NCBI GenBank assembly: GCA_951406725.2
Contig: OX597818.1
Location: 15,004,001 to 15,068,000, forward strand
Direction of reading: 5' to 3'
DNA from: Octopus vulgaris
Lineage: Eukaryota
DNA: 64,000 nucleotides
The stretch's first letter is position 1. Every line of letters starts with the position of its first letter. Positions 1 through 12,870 of the stretch are shown here, piece by piece. The notes under the pieces are model-generated. The model made no database searches. It worked only from the letters and a program-made list of their open reading frames with translations, and had not been told where the DNA came from. The position numbers and the translations under genes were made by a program.

Positions 1-355
1 TCGTTAGCACGCTGGGCGAAATGGTTAGCGGTATTTTGTACGTCGCTACGTTCAAATTCTTCAGAGGTCAACTTTGCCTTTCATCCTTTCGGGGTCGATT
101 AAATAAGTACCAGTTACCCACTGGGGTCGATATAATCGACTTAATCCGTTTGTCTGTCCTTGTTTGTCCTCTCTGTGTTTAGCCCCTTGTGGGTAGTAAA
201 GAAATGAGTATTTTGTCTGCTGCTACGTTCTGAGTTCAAATTTCGTCGAGGTCGACTTTGTCTTTCTTCCTTCGGAGTCAATATATACTGGGATCGATTT
301 AATTGACTTATTCCCTGCTCCAAAATATGACTGTCCTTGTGGCAAAATTTTAAAC
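1..355 (+). mobile_element. Two adjacent copies of tRNA-derived SINE family B (Meta/core-type body), first cut by window edge
   Basis: Shares GAGGTCGACTTTGCCTTTCATCCTTTCGGGGTCGAT...AAGTACCAG body with 5654-5864 and 14293-14525. Confidence 0.85.
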
Positions 356-487
356 CACTGTTATAATAATGAAAAAGCCGTGATATCTTACAAATTCACG
401 AAACTCCAGATTTATAAGTGTGAGATTTTATACTGCCCGGGTTTTTTCACAGGAAACAAGCACGCAGCTTCTGGTTAATAGACATTT

Positions 488-800
488 TTAATCGCAATAG
501 TACTGCTTAACTACTATCTTTACTTCTTCGTGTATTCTGGTGTTATAATCTGAAAGCTTGCATATTTGTGGTTGTCTCAATCCAACAGCTTTAGGACTAT
601 CACTATGAGCAAAACATATGCTCCTCTGCATTTGCCTGTAAGTTCTACCACTTTGGCACGCCACTGCCACCTTCCGAAATTTCCAATCTCTACGATCGGA
701 TCTCATAACTAATCCAATTTTAACAGCGTATCCAGTAGTCTGCTTAAAAATATCTACAAAACATTCTGATCCGTTGTCGTTAGTCCCATTCAGCTCGGAA
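488..800 (-). mobile_element. Possible FAR1/MULE-like transposase N-terminal remnant
   Basis: Frame reads ...YAVKIGLVMRSDRRDWKFRKVAVACQSGRTYR, loosely like the FAR1 DNA-binding region; weak. Confidence 0.25.
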
Positions 801-2241
801 TTTCCTTTTGCTTCTGAACCACACGTCTGCTAAATAACTCATTCGACCACTTCGATTGCATTTCCTCTCACCTAATATACGGCATAGTATGCAAACACTG
901 TTGTCAAGATGAGGTGCTGCTCGGGTGATCGGTTGGTTCTATGAATATTTAACTGTCTGGAATCATGTCTGAAGAAATCCTAAACTCGTACTCCGTTACT
1001 TTAAAGCACTCGATTGCCCCAACTAGCTGGTCTTCGCTATAGGGAAAAACGTCTCAACTTCAGCTTGGGTACCTCTAGTTTCAGGCTTTGAATACATTCC
1101 TCAACTCACATATAATTACTACTCCCATCGACCTGTACCCAGTATCCTTTCCTTTTTGCTCTTTTAATTAAGAAGAGTCTATGTCTATACAATTCACATT
1201 TGTGTAGATGCGTATATATGCATGTGTACGTGTGTACACTCCTACGAACTTGTGTCTGTGCATGTCTGTCTGTCTATAAGTGTACTTGTTTGTATATGAG
1301 TGCATTTTGCCTATGCTTGCTTCAGTTAATAAACTAATAATTCGGCAACATTAAAAATATTCTTGGGTGTCTTTTTACATAAAAAGCTTTCTAGGTGTGA
1401 TTGCTCTTTACTTCCTTATCTTTATCTGAATACAACCCTTTTATCTTTTGACTGGTTCGAGATGTTAATTCATTCTATCTTCCTTCTATAATTCTTATAC
1501 CCTTCCCTTCGTTCGCCACTGATACAAAATTTCTCACCATATCGTATAACCTGTTTCTATCCCACTCCTCTCAATTGTTATATTATTATTTCACTTCTAT
1601 ATTACTCTTTAACTTCCTTGTTTACCTGCTGTTTTGTGTAGTTTTATATTTGAAGTATTTCACGTTAAGAGAGAACGTAGGTATAGAGAGATAAAGTGAC
1701 GAACACTTGTAAAAAGGTAAAGTTAAAGATGTTAAATATTATATTCAGCTGTCGTATATAGCCAGCGATTATCTACGCTTATACATAATAGCAACGTATT
1801 TTGATGATTCGGTGGTAATAGGGTTTAAAACCTATTTAAAGTACAATCGTTGCATGTTCTACGAATAGCTGGTTTATGAAATACTGTTAAAACGAATAAA
1901 AAAAGGAAAAGAGAGTGTACCACACACACACATACACATACACACACACGCACACACACGCACATATACACACACACGCACATACATACACTCTCACATG
2001 CTAAAACAATATCTTGAAGACAATGTTTTGCATTGGTATCATTGTATAATATATTATTAGAGTATGTATTTTTCAAGAAAATCATTGATTATATTTAAGG
2101 AATTTGTGCTGCAGTACGCTTTCGTTTGTTATTTGAATTGATTAAGCTCATTTCATATGTATCGGCAACAACCTCTATCTTTATCTCTTATCTCTTATGA
2201 TAATCTTATGATAAAAGGCAGATTTTCTCTGCCTGTTCCCA

Positions 2242-2308
2242 TGATTTTTGATTTTTGATTTTTCCAGTTTCAGCTAATGAGCTGTGGCCATGCTGGGGCA
2301 CCGCCATT
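2242..2308 (-). mobile_element. Stem-loop retroposon 3' tail with (AAAAATC)3 terminal repeat attached to tRNA-Gly
   Basis: AATGGCGGTGCCCCAGCATGGCCACAGCTCATTAGCTGAAACT, 41/43 identical to the tail at 56478-56520. Confidence 0.85.
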
Positions 2309-2322
2309 GAAATAAATATCTT

Positions 2323-2387
2323 TGCATCGGCCGGGAATCGAACCCGGGCCGCCCGCGTGGCAGGCGAGCATTCTACCACTGAACCAC
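2323..2387 (-). pseudogene. tRNA-Gly(GCC) copy lacking first 6 nt of acceptor stem; probable retrocopy
   Basis: Reverse complement GTGGTTCAGTGGTAGAATGCTCGCCTGCCACGCGGGCGGCCCGGGTTCGATTCCCGGCCGATGCA matches eukaryotic tRNA-Gly-GCC; expected 5' GCATCG is replaced; no CCA; followed by AAGATATTTATTT and a retroposon tail. Confidence 0.9.
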
Positions 2388-3448
2388 AATTCTACAATAT
2401 AGAATTTCTTCAATTGGAATTTACCTATGATTTTTCCAAGTAGATTCGATTGGGTCATGGCTTGTAAAGTTTTTTTCAATTTGACCCCCAATTAAGCAAA
2501 AATTCGAGAAAACTCAATATTTTACGATTTGCCTCTCTCATTTCAAGTGGTTTGCCCCTGCTATTACCAACACACTTTCTCCTTTCTCTTTGCAAGTGTG
2601 AAATTATTAAAGTGAAAGTATTAGATAACAGGGATGAGCCATTAATACTGGTCATCCTTTTTGCTTGAGGAAGATCCGCTATGGTCTTATATGCTACACC
2701 ACTGGTTTTCAATTCATATTAATCAAATTAATATTCAATTTTTCACCCTTATTATGTGTGTGTGTGTGTATTAGCAATTCGTATAAAATTGCATCAATGA
2801 CTTGAACTTGAATAAGTGCTTTCACATAAATGGGGATAAATTAAAAAGGTTTGTTGTTATTATTATTACTGTTTGACTATTGTAATCACGTTTGTTGGTT
2901 CCGCGTCAGGGAAACGTTGTTGTGTTGCATTTGTTAAATAATTGTAAACCGTAACCCTCCCCTTTCGGAGAAGGGGCTTTGGTTATTGTTTCAAAATTGA
3001 ATTGTGTCCCTGTTTGGGAAAATTGACAATATTTTCACCGTCTTTACGGAAGCAATTTTGTTAAAATGCCTTCGATAGAAGAAAGTCCAAAAATGAATTT
3101 CGCTGCAGCCCTACACTTCTATACAAGAGGGAGGACAAGATCCAATTGATCGAAATTGCAAGAGACGGGCCTACAATTCCAGTCTGTTATATATTTTGAG
3201 TATTGTTATCACTAGCGATATCAAGATATAACTTTGTATTTTGTATTTTATGTGTAGATGTATATATATAGATGTACATGTAATATGTACACATATATAT
3301 ACACATATAGACATGCATAATATATCTACCCATACGCACGCACACACACATACATAGGGGCAGGTGTGGCTGTGTGGTAACAAACTACATTCCAAACACA
3401 TGGTCCTGGGTTCATGTACATATATACAAACATACATCCATACATACA

Positions 3449-3497
<49 letters not shown>

Positions 3498-3513
3498 TAA
3501 TGTGTGTGTGTTA

Positions 3514-3905
3514 TCTCTCTCTATATAAAGCTGAAGTTGTCTGTGTGCGCCAGGTTTGGTAACCTTCAACTAACACTATCTCCTCCGAGACCCTGCGGTG
3601 CAAGTTGACCAAAATTGAGAGTATGATAGAAGAAGGGTTGCCCTTCCTTCCGTAGCAGATAAAATTCAAATCGGACCAGGTTAACACCAAAAATTATTTA
3701 CATCAAAAAGGTACTTTTTTCTATGAAAATCCCTATTTTTTTTAACGATTTTTCACTGCTGTGTCGCCACTTTTCGGTGTATTTCAACCAGAAAAATGTT
3801 CACTTGAAGAGAATAACAAGCTACATAATGCAAAATTTTACTTTTCAAAAATTCCAATTCCAGCGGCTCGAAACAAACCTGAGCAACGCCGGGTGATACT
3901 GCTAG
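3514..3905 (+). mobile_element. Non-autonomous Helitron
   Basis: A|TC 5' end, 3' CTAG|T preceded by CCTGAGCAACGCCGGG hairpin-like motif; same termini as 30596-30971. Confidence 0.8.
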
Positions 3906-4199
3906 TCCTTAATAAATTGAAACATAAATCACAGTAAATCAAAGTTTCAGAACCGAATCAGCCAGCTTCTTACACGCTTATGTATTTTCCGTTAATCTTA
4001 GATAATGATCGATAGTTGGTACCCCTGCATGGTTTGTGAACATGTCAGAAATAGCAACCAAATTGGGTTGGAATCCATTCTGAATGCCGGGTTCGAATCC
4101 ATTCTGATCAGCGGTGTTCCCCGTAAGTAAGCTCTTCTTGTGACATCTCTCCGAAACGTGTTTTCTTGGAGCAAACACCGTGTTATGCATAATTTTGGT

Positions 4200-5450
4200 T
4201 GGGGTTAATTCTTAGGATGCTTCTGGACTCTCCCGTTTCACAATAATAGAACCAGCATTATATTTGGCAAGTTTCAACCTATTGGATGCGGCTATTATAC
4301 TGGCCACGATGTGTAAGATAGAGTAGGATAGCGCGATAGTATTCATGTTGAAAACTCTTTGGAGGATCGAAAAGATGATCTACAGACGTTAATTTTCACA
4401 CCAGACGAGAAGGATGGATCGCACTAAATCACTTGTCTTCTTTTCCGCCTATTTCCGCTACAGGGATACATGTTTCCATCAGAAGGATGATCAGAGGCCA
4501 TTGGTTTCATCACCGTATATCTCGGTTCAGAGTTCCACATTGATCTCTGTGTGGATCTAGAGTTGTGAACGATCCATCCAGATCAACTGCGATCCTCATG
4601 CCTGGGGTAACCGCGATGCACAGGAGGCTGTATTCTGCCTCCTACGTGGGTGATTACTGGAGTCAGTAAGTGTTCCATTTGGTTCGCCGGAGTCAAGTCA
4701 GAGGTCCCAGGGTTCTCGACCAATATTGAATGAGAAAACACCCAAGAAGGTCCCACCGAGTATTCTGGTATGTTTCTCTGTATCTCTGCATCCCATTCAG
4801 GACCAGCTTAATTATGTCATTGCAGCCAGCTCTCTTAAGAGCTTCATTATAATATTCTGCATAATTGTTGAAAATCCCTTCCGCGGAGGCAAGGTTTGAA
4901 ACTCTGATTGAAATATTCCTCAACTATCAACAGCACACCTAGGATAATTAGACAATCGATGAACGCCATGGAGGATTTCGTTAGATATATGGTACAGTTA
5001 AGACGATTACTAATCCAGATCTAATATTAAGTTAAGTTAACACTTTTGCTACACTTTTCGAAAGAAATACAGATCAAAGTTATTGAAAAAGGAATAAAAA
5101 TAAGTGTAACAATTTTCTTAGTCTTTCCCATCCACAATGGAAAGATGCAGAAGTGGTTAGGAGAGCTTAATCTCTACAGAGTTCCACCAGGTTTGGAAAG
5201 TTATCTTTCAATTTGAAGAGTGAATATAAATTTACAGGTTCTGTAACCTGGGTAGAATCGGAGGACTCCATATCCATATCAAACTCATTTGTCCAAGACT
5301 ACTTACACTAATAATCCACACCGGAAGGAAATTAGCGTCCTGTTAGTTAACTAGCTAATAGTAACACATTCTAAGTAATATCCGAAACATTTCTAGTCAT
5401 AATAATTGGTTTATTGAGTAACAAGATTATGCTTAATTCACTAACATTTC
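4200..5450 (-). mobile_element. Degenerate Penelope-like retroelement (RT and post-RT region)
   Basis: Fragments FDMDMESSDSTQVT (FDVTMGS-like), SNYP...RNISIRVSNLAS...YNEALKRAG, NTIALSYS; many stops and frameshifts. Confidence 0.65.
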
Positions 5451-5653
5451 CTTGTGAAGGAAACACTATATTCGATGATTACATTGACTTGTATATTCAT
5501 AAAATTGTATCTTAGAGTCTGAAAAGTTTTGAGTTTTATAAATTGCAGAATTTCATGCAATAGATAATTTTAATTCATATATTGTTTGCTGATGATTCAT
5601 TTTATAAGTGGAACAAAATTGGTCCCAAACATATTTAATATATTTTGTTGTAA

Positions 5654-5864
5654 GGTGGTAAGCTGGCAGAAACGTTAGCACTCCGGGCGAAATGCTTAGC
5701 GGTATTACATTTGTCTTTATGTTCTGAGTTCAAATTACGCCGAGGTCGACTTTGCTTTCCATCCTTTCGGGGTCGATAAATTAAGTACTAGTTTCGTACT
5801 GGGGTCGATCTAATCGACCGGCCCCCTCCCCCCAAATTTCGGGTATTTGTCTAGAGTAGAAAAG
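5654..5864 (+). mobile_element. SINE family B, full length with 17-bp TSD
   Basis: TSD AATATATTTTGTTGTAA at 5637-5653 and 5865-5881; tRNA-like head with GAGTTCAAATT B box. Confidence 0.9.
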
Positions 5865-5888
5865 AATATATTTTGTTGTAAAGAATAC

Positions 5889-5920
<32 letters not shown>

Positions 5921-6339
5921 AGATGTGTGTATATATAAGTTCCCTACTTTGGGTAAAAGAAAATACAGGAGGATTAGTTAATTATGATTTTATTCAACGC
6001 GAGACAAATCCAGAGAATGCGTTTTGTATTTGACTTATTGTTTAGAATATGGAAAAAAAAACTCAAAGTTGAAATCGATTATTGTGATTACCAAAAGCAT
6101 GAAAAAAATTGAAAGAATAAAATCAATGGTAAAATTATCAAAGGAACTATATTAAAAATATTAAAAATAATTCCTCGATGCTCAAACATAAATAATGTAA
6201 GTAGCAATTCAAATGAAAAATATATAAATTAATTTAACAATAACTTCTCATACAACTCATAAAATTGAACTGCGCCTTGTCGTTGTTGTCCAGCTATTTT
6301 TTCATTTGTGGTTTTATTATTAGTTTTTTTTTAAATCTA

Positions 6340-9300
6340 TAAAACTTCATCTAACTTTTTCATCTTTTGTATGATAATACAGATTAAGATCTCCCCCAAT
6401 CTCAAAAGTGATACATATAGTTGTCCATGAGAAAATACTTCATTTTTAATATTGATGCCAACTTTTTTTTTAATGTTTGGCCTTGTGATTTATTTATTGT
6501 CATAGCAAAGGGTAGTTTAACAGGAAATTCTAATCACTGGATCCTCTGCAATTAATTTAATTCTTAATGATAATATTAATCCATTTGTGTACTTTCCATT
6601 TAATATTTTTGCTTCAGTTACATTATTTGTAAGGGATTCCACTATTCCATTGCATAACTTTGGAGTTTGTAAATTTCTCAAAAGATTAATTGGAGCGCCT
6701 TTCTTCAAATTTATTTCATTTGGTGGAAGCCCCGATATTTCTAATGAATTTCAGGACTCAACTGGAAAATCTAATGCTTCAGTTGTATCAACTACTTGAT
6801 CTATAGAATTGTATATTTTTAATCTATGTTCTATTTTGTTAAGCAATCGCATATTAATAGCATCAACATCCTCATTTGTAGCATCTAAAATTGTTCTTTT
6901 TTTATATCCATTCTCTATTAGTGTAATTAACTGCAATGTCCTCAAAAATAAATGTTTCTAAATCAATTTGATTCTCAACTCTATTTCCCACTGGTAATAA
7001 TATCATGTGACTGCCGTAACTTGGGATCCTATTTTCTCCTACGGCTAATAGTTTATTTGCAACGACCTGTAAGTCATTATTTCTTAGGATATGCACTCTT
7101 ATATTAATTCTTAATGACAATTTGTGGACTAATGACCATAAATGTGATGCCTTGATTGATGCAGCTATTTCATCATCTTTTATACCTCTTGGTTCTACTG
7201 GAAGTATTTGTCTAAAATCACCAGTTAGTAAAACAGTAATATCACCAACAGATAAATTATTGTTTTTTATTTCTTTCAATGTTTTTTCAACAACCTCTAA
7301 AATCTTTTTGTTTGACACTGTAACGTAATCGCATACTAATAAATGTTAACCAAATTTTACTATTTTTTCTAATTGATGTTGTAAATTTATCAACTATTGA
7401 TGATGAAAATGGTAATGTATTATAAACAATACCCTCATGTGTTTTTACGTCTTTGAAAGATTTTGAACCTCTGACTACATTCAACAATAATCTCATACAA
7501 CAACATTCTGTTTGATTAGGTGGTACAGTGTAAATTCTAGAACATGTTTGCACAAATCTACCATTCAATCTTTTTTTCCATGTTTTATTCGAAGTAAGAG
7601 TATGAGATGGAATTGCTTTATACAACAAAGTTCTTGCATATTCATCATTTTTATTCAATTTGTAGAATAAAATTAGGGGATTTCTAATTCTTTGTTCCCT
7701 ATCATTACAGATGAAGTATACTCATTGGCCATTTTCTAAATCTATATCCAATTGTTGAACAGCTGGTATTGCATGTGAACATTACTTTGAAAGATTTTCC
7801 AAGCGACCTCATTACTGCTGAGATAACGTCCTGCCATAAAGTTATTAATCTTCATTATATTTTTAATTATTCTTTGTTCTGCGTACAACAACATCGCTAC
7901 CTTTATTCACGCATTTTGTTATATATATACAATGGATTGAACAGAGCATTAATGTGGCCTTTAATTGTTTTCAAAAGTAGTAGATAATAAGGTACAATCC
8001 ACCTATTGTCAATAGTATACATTTTTGAATTTCTTGTTATTGTTGCTGTTTTTCCTCCATCTTCTGTATTTCTCCGTCTGCATAAAGGATATCTAGTAAC
8101 ATCTGGCCTAGTTTCATAAATAAAATATTTTGGTAATTTTATTTCTCATTTTCCATTATTCATACATGGACATTTTGAATTTAATAAACCTCATGGACCA
8201 TGTACCATTTGTGTAGTGACAATAGCATAAAGATCAGGATAATTAATTTGATTGGGAATTTCGGCAGAGATTACTTTATTTTAATTGATTTGGATAAATT
8301 GTTTGCTCTAACCAAAGTAAGATATAAACATGTGGTAAGCCTCTTTTCTGCCATTCATGTCGGCTTTTGTTTTTTCAAATATTCCAGCACCCTTTTCAAC
8401 CAACATTTTCATTTTATTCAACTTTTGTTTGAAAACTCTGGCAATTTTACCATGCCTCCTGTCTTCATTTTTTTCTCTTTTGTACATGTTCTCTTTGATT
8501 TCATCCCAGTTAGGATTGCAAGTGAATGTTATGAATAAATCAAGCCAACCATATTCTCTCACATTACACTTTGCATCTTGAGTTCTTTCCTTCCAATATC
8601 TTGGACTTGCAACAAAAGTAGAAGGTAAAATTGCAACCATACGTAATTCTTGTGGATTGAGTAATCCTACATTATTTAAAGACTCTTTTAAAAGCGAATA
8701 TTATTCGACTCTGAGCTTGGTTTGATACTCTTTAATATAAAATAACCATTCAAATTCAGTTTTGGCATACATATCAACTGAATACATTTGGAACAATCGT
8801 TTACATCTTAGAATTTGATTCCAACTGTTTTTTTCTTGTAAAAGATATGCATAATATTGCCTGCATGTGACTTTCTTATTTGGGCTGTTTGATTTGTATT
8901 TGGGTCGTATAAAGGTATATCCAACGAGTAGCCATCATTTCCTCTCCAATTAATCAAAGGATTTTGTAACAGATTATAGGATCAATGTAATTCATTGACT
9001 TTTTATAGTATTATTTTTATAGGTAAAATTGTTTCTTCGTGGAAATTCTATTCCAGCCATTACTAATCCTACATCGTTAGATACTTGGTTATTGTACCCT
9101 CGTGCATGCTCACCAGCTGGTACTATATCTGCACAAATTGACAATTTAAGATTAGGTTTGTTAACCAAAGGCGCCACAGTTTTAATTTGTCAAATAAGCT
9201 CATTATTTTCCAAAAGCATCTCTTGAATTTTCTTATAGTGTGCAAGTTTGTTGCAAGAAATTTAATATTTCTGATATTAATTTGGTCATTTAAATCATCT

Positions 9301-10000
9301 ATAAAGTAAACTTGAGCATATTTAGGAATATTTTCATCTGTATTATACAATGAACTTATTCTGTGGTAAATTTGACCCTGTGTTTTGAAAACTGGCATGA
9401 ATCCCGGGAGAGATATTGATTCATTAACTCCAAAGGATGTCATTGAAAACAATTTAATTATTTATTTTTTGATAATTTAAAAAAAGGTTCTGGAATCCAA
9501 ATTTCCCCCTAGCATTAGTGTATTTAAAGGTTCGAGTGATCTTTCAATCAAATTTAGTTTAACTTTACAATTTGAACAACGTAATCCCTTACGTTCGTCA
9601 TTAAATTTCGCACGACAATGCCGACAAACAACTGACAGTGTTCTTAAATTCGATAGATTATCATAATGTTTAGTTCGATCATAATCAAATGCTGCATTTC
9701 TAAATGATTTAACAGAAGTACGTAGTTCAGCATATCTTGATTTTCTTACTTGAGTTATAATTTCTTGTTCCTCCATAGTCTGAGTATTTCTTGCTACAAT
9801 GTACGAAATTCTAATTTCCCCTCTTATTTCTGGTGTCGAATTTTCTCTAGTTTCATTCCTTCTTTAAACTGAGAGTTTTTCCCGTCATCGTTTTTGATAC
9901 TTTCGATTTCTTGCTCTCTGAATTTCTCTCTTTCCACTTATTTCATTTCCTTTTTGGAGTTTTCTTGCAGTAATATTTAAAATTTTCCTCTTGTCATTGT
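6340..10000 (-). mobile_element. Decayed autonomous Helitron (Rep-PIF1 helicase pseudogene)
   Basis: Collinear fragments FKTQGQIYHRIS, DLFITFTCNPNW, LLTGDFRQILPV, LLRNLQTPKLCNG, FAMTINKSQGQT, FSHGQLYV split by frameshifts. Confidence 0.92.
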
Positions 10001-10012
10001 TTATTACACTTT

Positions 10013-10180
10013 AAAGCGACAAGCTGGACGAAATTCTTAGCAGTATTTCGCTCGTCGCTACGTTCTGAGTTTAAATTCCGAGGTCGACTTTGCCTTTCAT
10101 TCTTTCGGGGTCGATAAATTAAGTGAAACACTGGAGTTGATGTAATTGACCCAGGCTTTGTGCCTATAGTAGGAAAGATT
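10013..10180 (+). mobile_element. SINE family B, internally deleted
   Basis: GAGGTCGACTTTGCCTTTCAT...GGGGTCGATAAATTAAGT body. Confidence 0.8.
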
Positions 10181-10839
10181 ATTGATTACATTTATTATTG
10201 TTTAAATAATCGATTGCGTTATTTAAGTTCTGGTCGGTAACGATGAAAAGCTTATCATTATTATGAGCTGTATATGCATAATATTGCATAATTTACTGAA
10301 ATGACACTATTGTTAAAAGTATTTGTATAGTTTGCTTCAATGGCAATCATTATATATACTATTTACGTTATTATCGTTATTGGTAACGTGATTTTCTGGA
10401 GTGACACTATTGTTAAATGAATCTATCTTCTGCTGACAGGAAAAATTTGGCTGCTATTTCTAGCACATCCAGCTTAAACTTAAGATGGATTCTTGGCGAA
10501 GAGAATGGTAACTGACAATGTGAACACTAGACGATCTAACAAAGAATTTAGAAATGTACTTCACCTTAATGTTGACTATAGACGTCTTATTTTGGAAGAG
10601 TTCGGAGATTAAAAGTCATCAAGCAAAAGTGAGATGATTCTAAAACATTGGCGTAGCTTTAAAAAGCTATCGTCTTCTCACGATTCGTAAAATAATACTT
10701 CGGTTATTTCCGGTTAATCTCGCTTTAAACGCTGTTTATCAAATACCTCCGTGTGTGTGTGATGTGTGCACACGCGTGTGAGTGTATGAGAGAGAGAGAG
10801 AGAGAAAGGATAATACATACATATCTATATATATATACA

Positions 10840-10901
<62 letters not shown>

Positions 10902-10949
10902 CTTACTTGGAGAAAAGAAACGAAACGACGCGAGGGCGCTCAGTCATAC

Positions 10950-11019
10950 AATAATTTAATAAATAAAATATATGCATACATACATACATATATGTACGTA
11001 CCTACATCACCATGTATAT

Positions 11020-11086
<67 letters not shown>

Positions 11087-11749
11087 TACAGGACACTACA
11101 AATAAACGTAGAACTCAACGAGAAACGAAAACATAAAAACAAACTAGGAAACGGACTTTTTTTAACAACGAAAAAACAGAGTACAAGACAAACAATACAA
11201 GGAATATCCCCCTTCATCAGCTGTCTCTGGTTCGACTCAATGCGTTTTTCGAAGGTAAGGACAGAACATTATCCGGTCGAACCACTCCTTCCTGCAAAAG
11301 AATTAAATAAAATTCCTTTGCAGAAGAGTAAAAATAAGAAAAGAAAAAAAATGTGACAAGAACAGGACGTAAAAGCAATACAAATAAAAATACAAATACA
11401 AATACAAAATAAAAATACAAATAAAAATACAGTACTTTGTATTTGTATTTGCATTTTTATTTGCACTTGTATTTTTATTTGTATTGCTTTTACGTCCTGT
11501 TCTTGTCACATTATTTTATTTCCTTGTTTTTACCCCTCTGCAAAGGAATTTTATTTAATTCTTTTGCAGGAAGGACTGGGTCGACCGGATCATGTTCTGT
11601 CCTTACCTTCGAAATACGCATTGAGTCGAACCAGGGACAATTGTTTGTCTTGTACTCTGTTTTTTCGTTGTTAAAAAAAGTCCGTTTCCTAGTTTGTTTT
11701 TATGTTTTCGTTTCTCGTTGAGTTCTACGTTTATTTGTGGTGTCCTGTA

Positions 11750-11813
<64 letters not shown>

Positions 11814-11873
11814 CATGTAGATGTAGGTACGTACATATATGTATGTATGCATATATTTTATTTATTAAATTAT

Positions 11874-11874
<1 letters not shown>
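10950..11874. repeat. ~925-bp imperfect palindrome centred near 11433
   Basis: Arms are reverse complements including (TA)n and flanking sequence; centre (AAATAC)n-AGTACT-(GTATTT)n. Confidence 0.95.
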
Positions 11875-11906
<32 letters not shown>

Positions 11907-11909
<3 letters not shown>

Positions 11910-12107
11910 ACCGCGTGTGTATCGTTGCCGATTTTTTCCCCATCTTCCCTTCCTTTGATCTTTCCTTTCCGTATGTTTCTAACGAAGAGCTCCGCTTAAA
12001 ACGTTAAATCCTCCTTCTTTCTTTCCTTTCCTGAGTGTCCAATAACACTATACTTGTTCCACGTCCTCGCGTTGTTGTTTTTTCTCTTTGTATTTTCATG
12101 TCTGAAT

Positions 12108-12111
<4 letters not shown>
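11907..12111 (+). mobile_element. Short (TA)n-associated element, Penelope pLTR-like, with decayed hammerhead motif
   Basis: Homologous to 31356-31490 and 55139-55317; ends ATTAAC before (TA)n. Confidence 0.7.
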
Positions 12112-12146
<35 letters not shown>

Positions 12147-12722
12147 AAAAAATGAAGTTCGAAAATGCTGCTATATTATACAATTTTTAATTTTTATATA
12201 TACATTATAACATGTTTCAGTTCCTAAAATGAACCTTATCAAAAAAAGTTATATATAAAAAAAGATAGCTCATGCCGTCAAACACAAGAAATTCATTTAC
12301 AATACACAACGGAGTCAGACATCTTAAAGTTCAAATATAGTTTGAAGTAAGTTCATTCATGCTATATGTTCAAAGTGTTCGATGCAGTGGCCCACGGTGG
12401 CGATACGTATTCAATACAAAAAACAGATCAAAGTGGTGGAAAGCAGTCAATACAGAAGATTGATGTTCCCGAAAGAGCGAGGAATTCATTTTTACCTTGA
12501 GCAATTGTGATGACTCATGGTGGGTGTTCGCTGGGTGATTCTAGTGAGTCTTGTGAATTATTCGGGTTTTATAATGCCTGTTAGGTGGTCAGTCCAGCGT
12601 AGCGTGACGTCATCAACGTTTTGACCAATCGTTTCGTTAGGTAGCTTAGTCAAGCAGAACGGGACGTCATCAAGATTCTGCCCAATTCTGTATGTATGTA
12701 TGTATGTATGTATGTATGTATG

Positions 12723-12775
<53 letters not shown>

Positions 12776-12834
12776 GTATATATATATATATATATATATA
12801 TACATGTGTATATATATATATATATATACATACA

Positions 12835-12870
<36 letters not shown>

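Noticed and set aside
2323-2393. Functional tRNA-Gly gene
   Set aside because: 5' acceptor strand GCATCG is missing, so the acceptor stem cannot form; treated as a pseudogene
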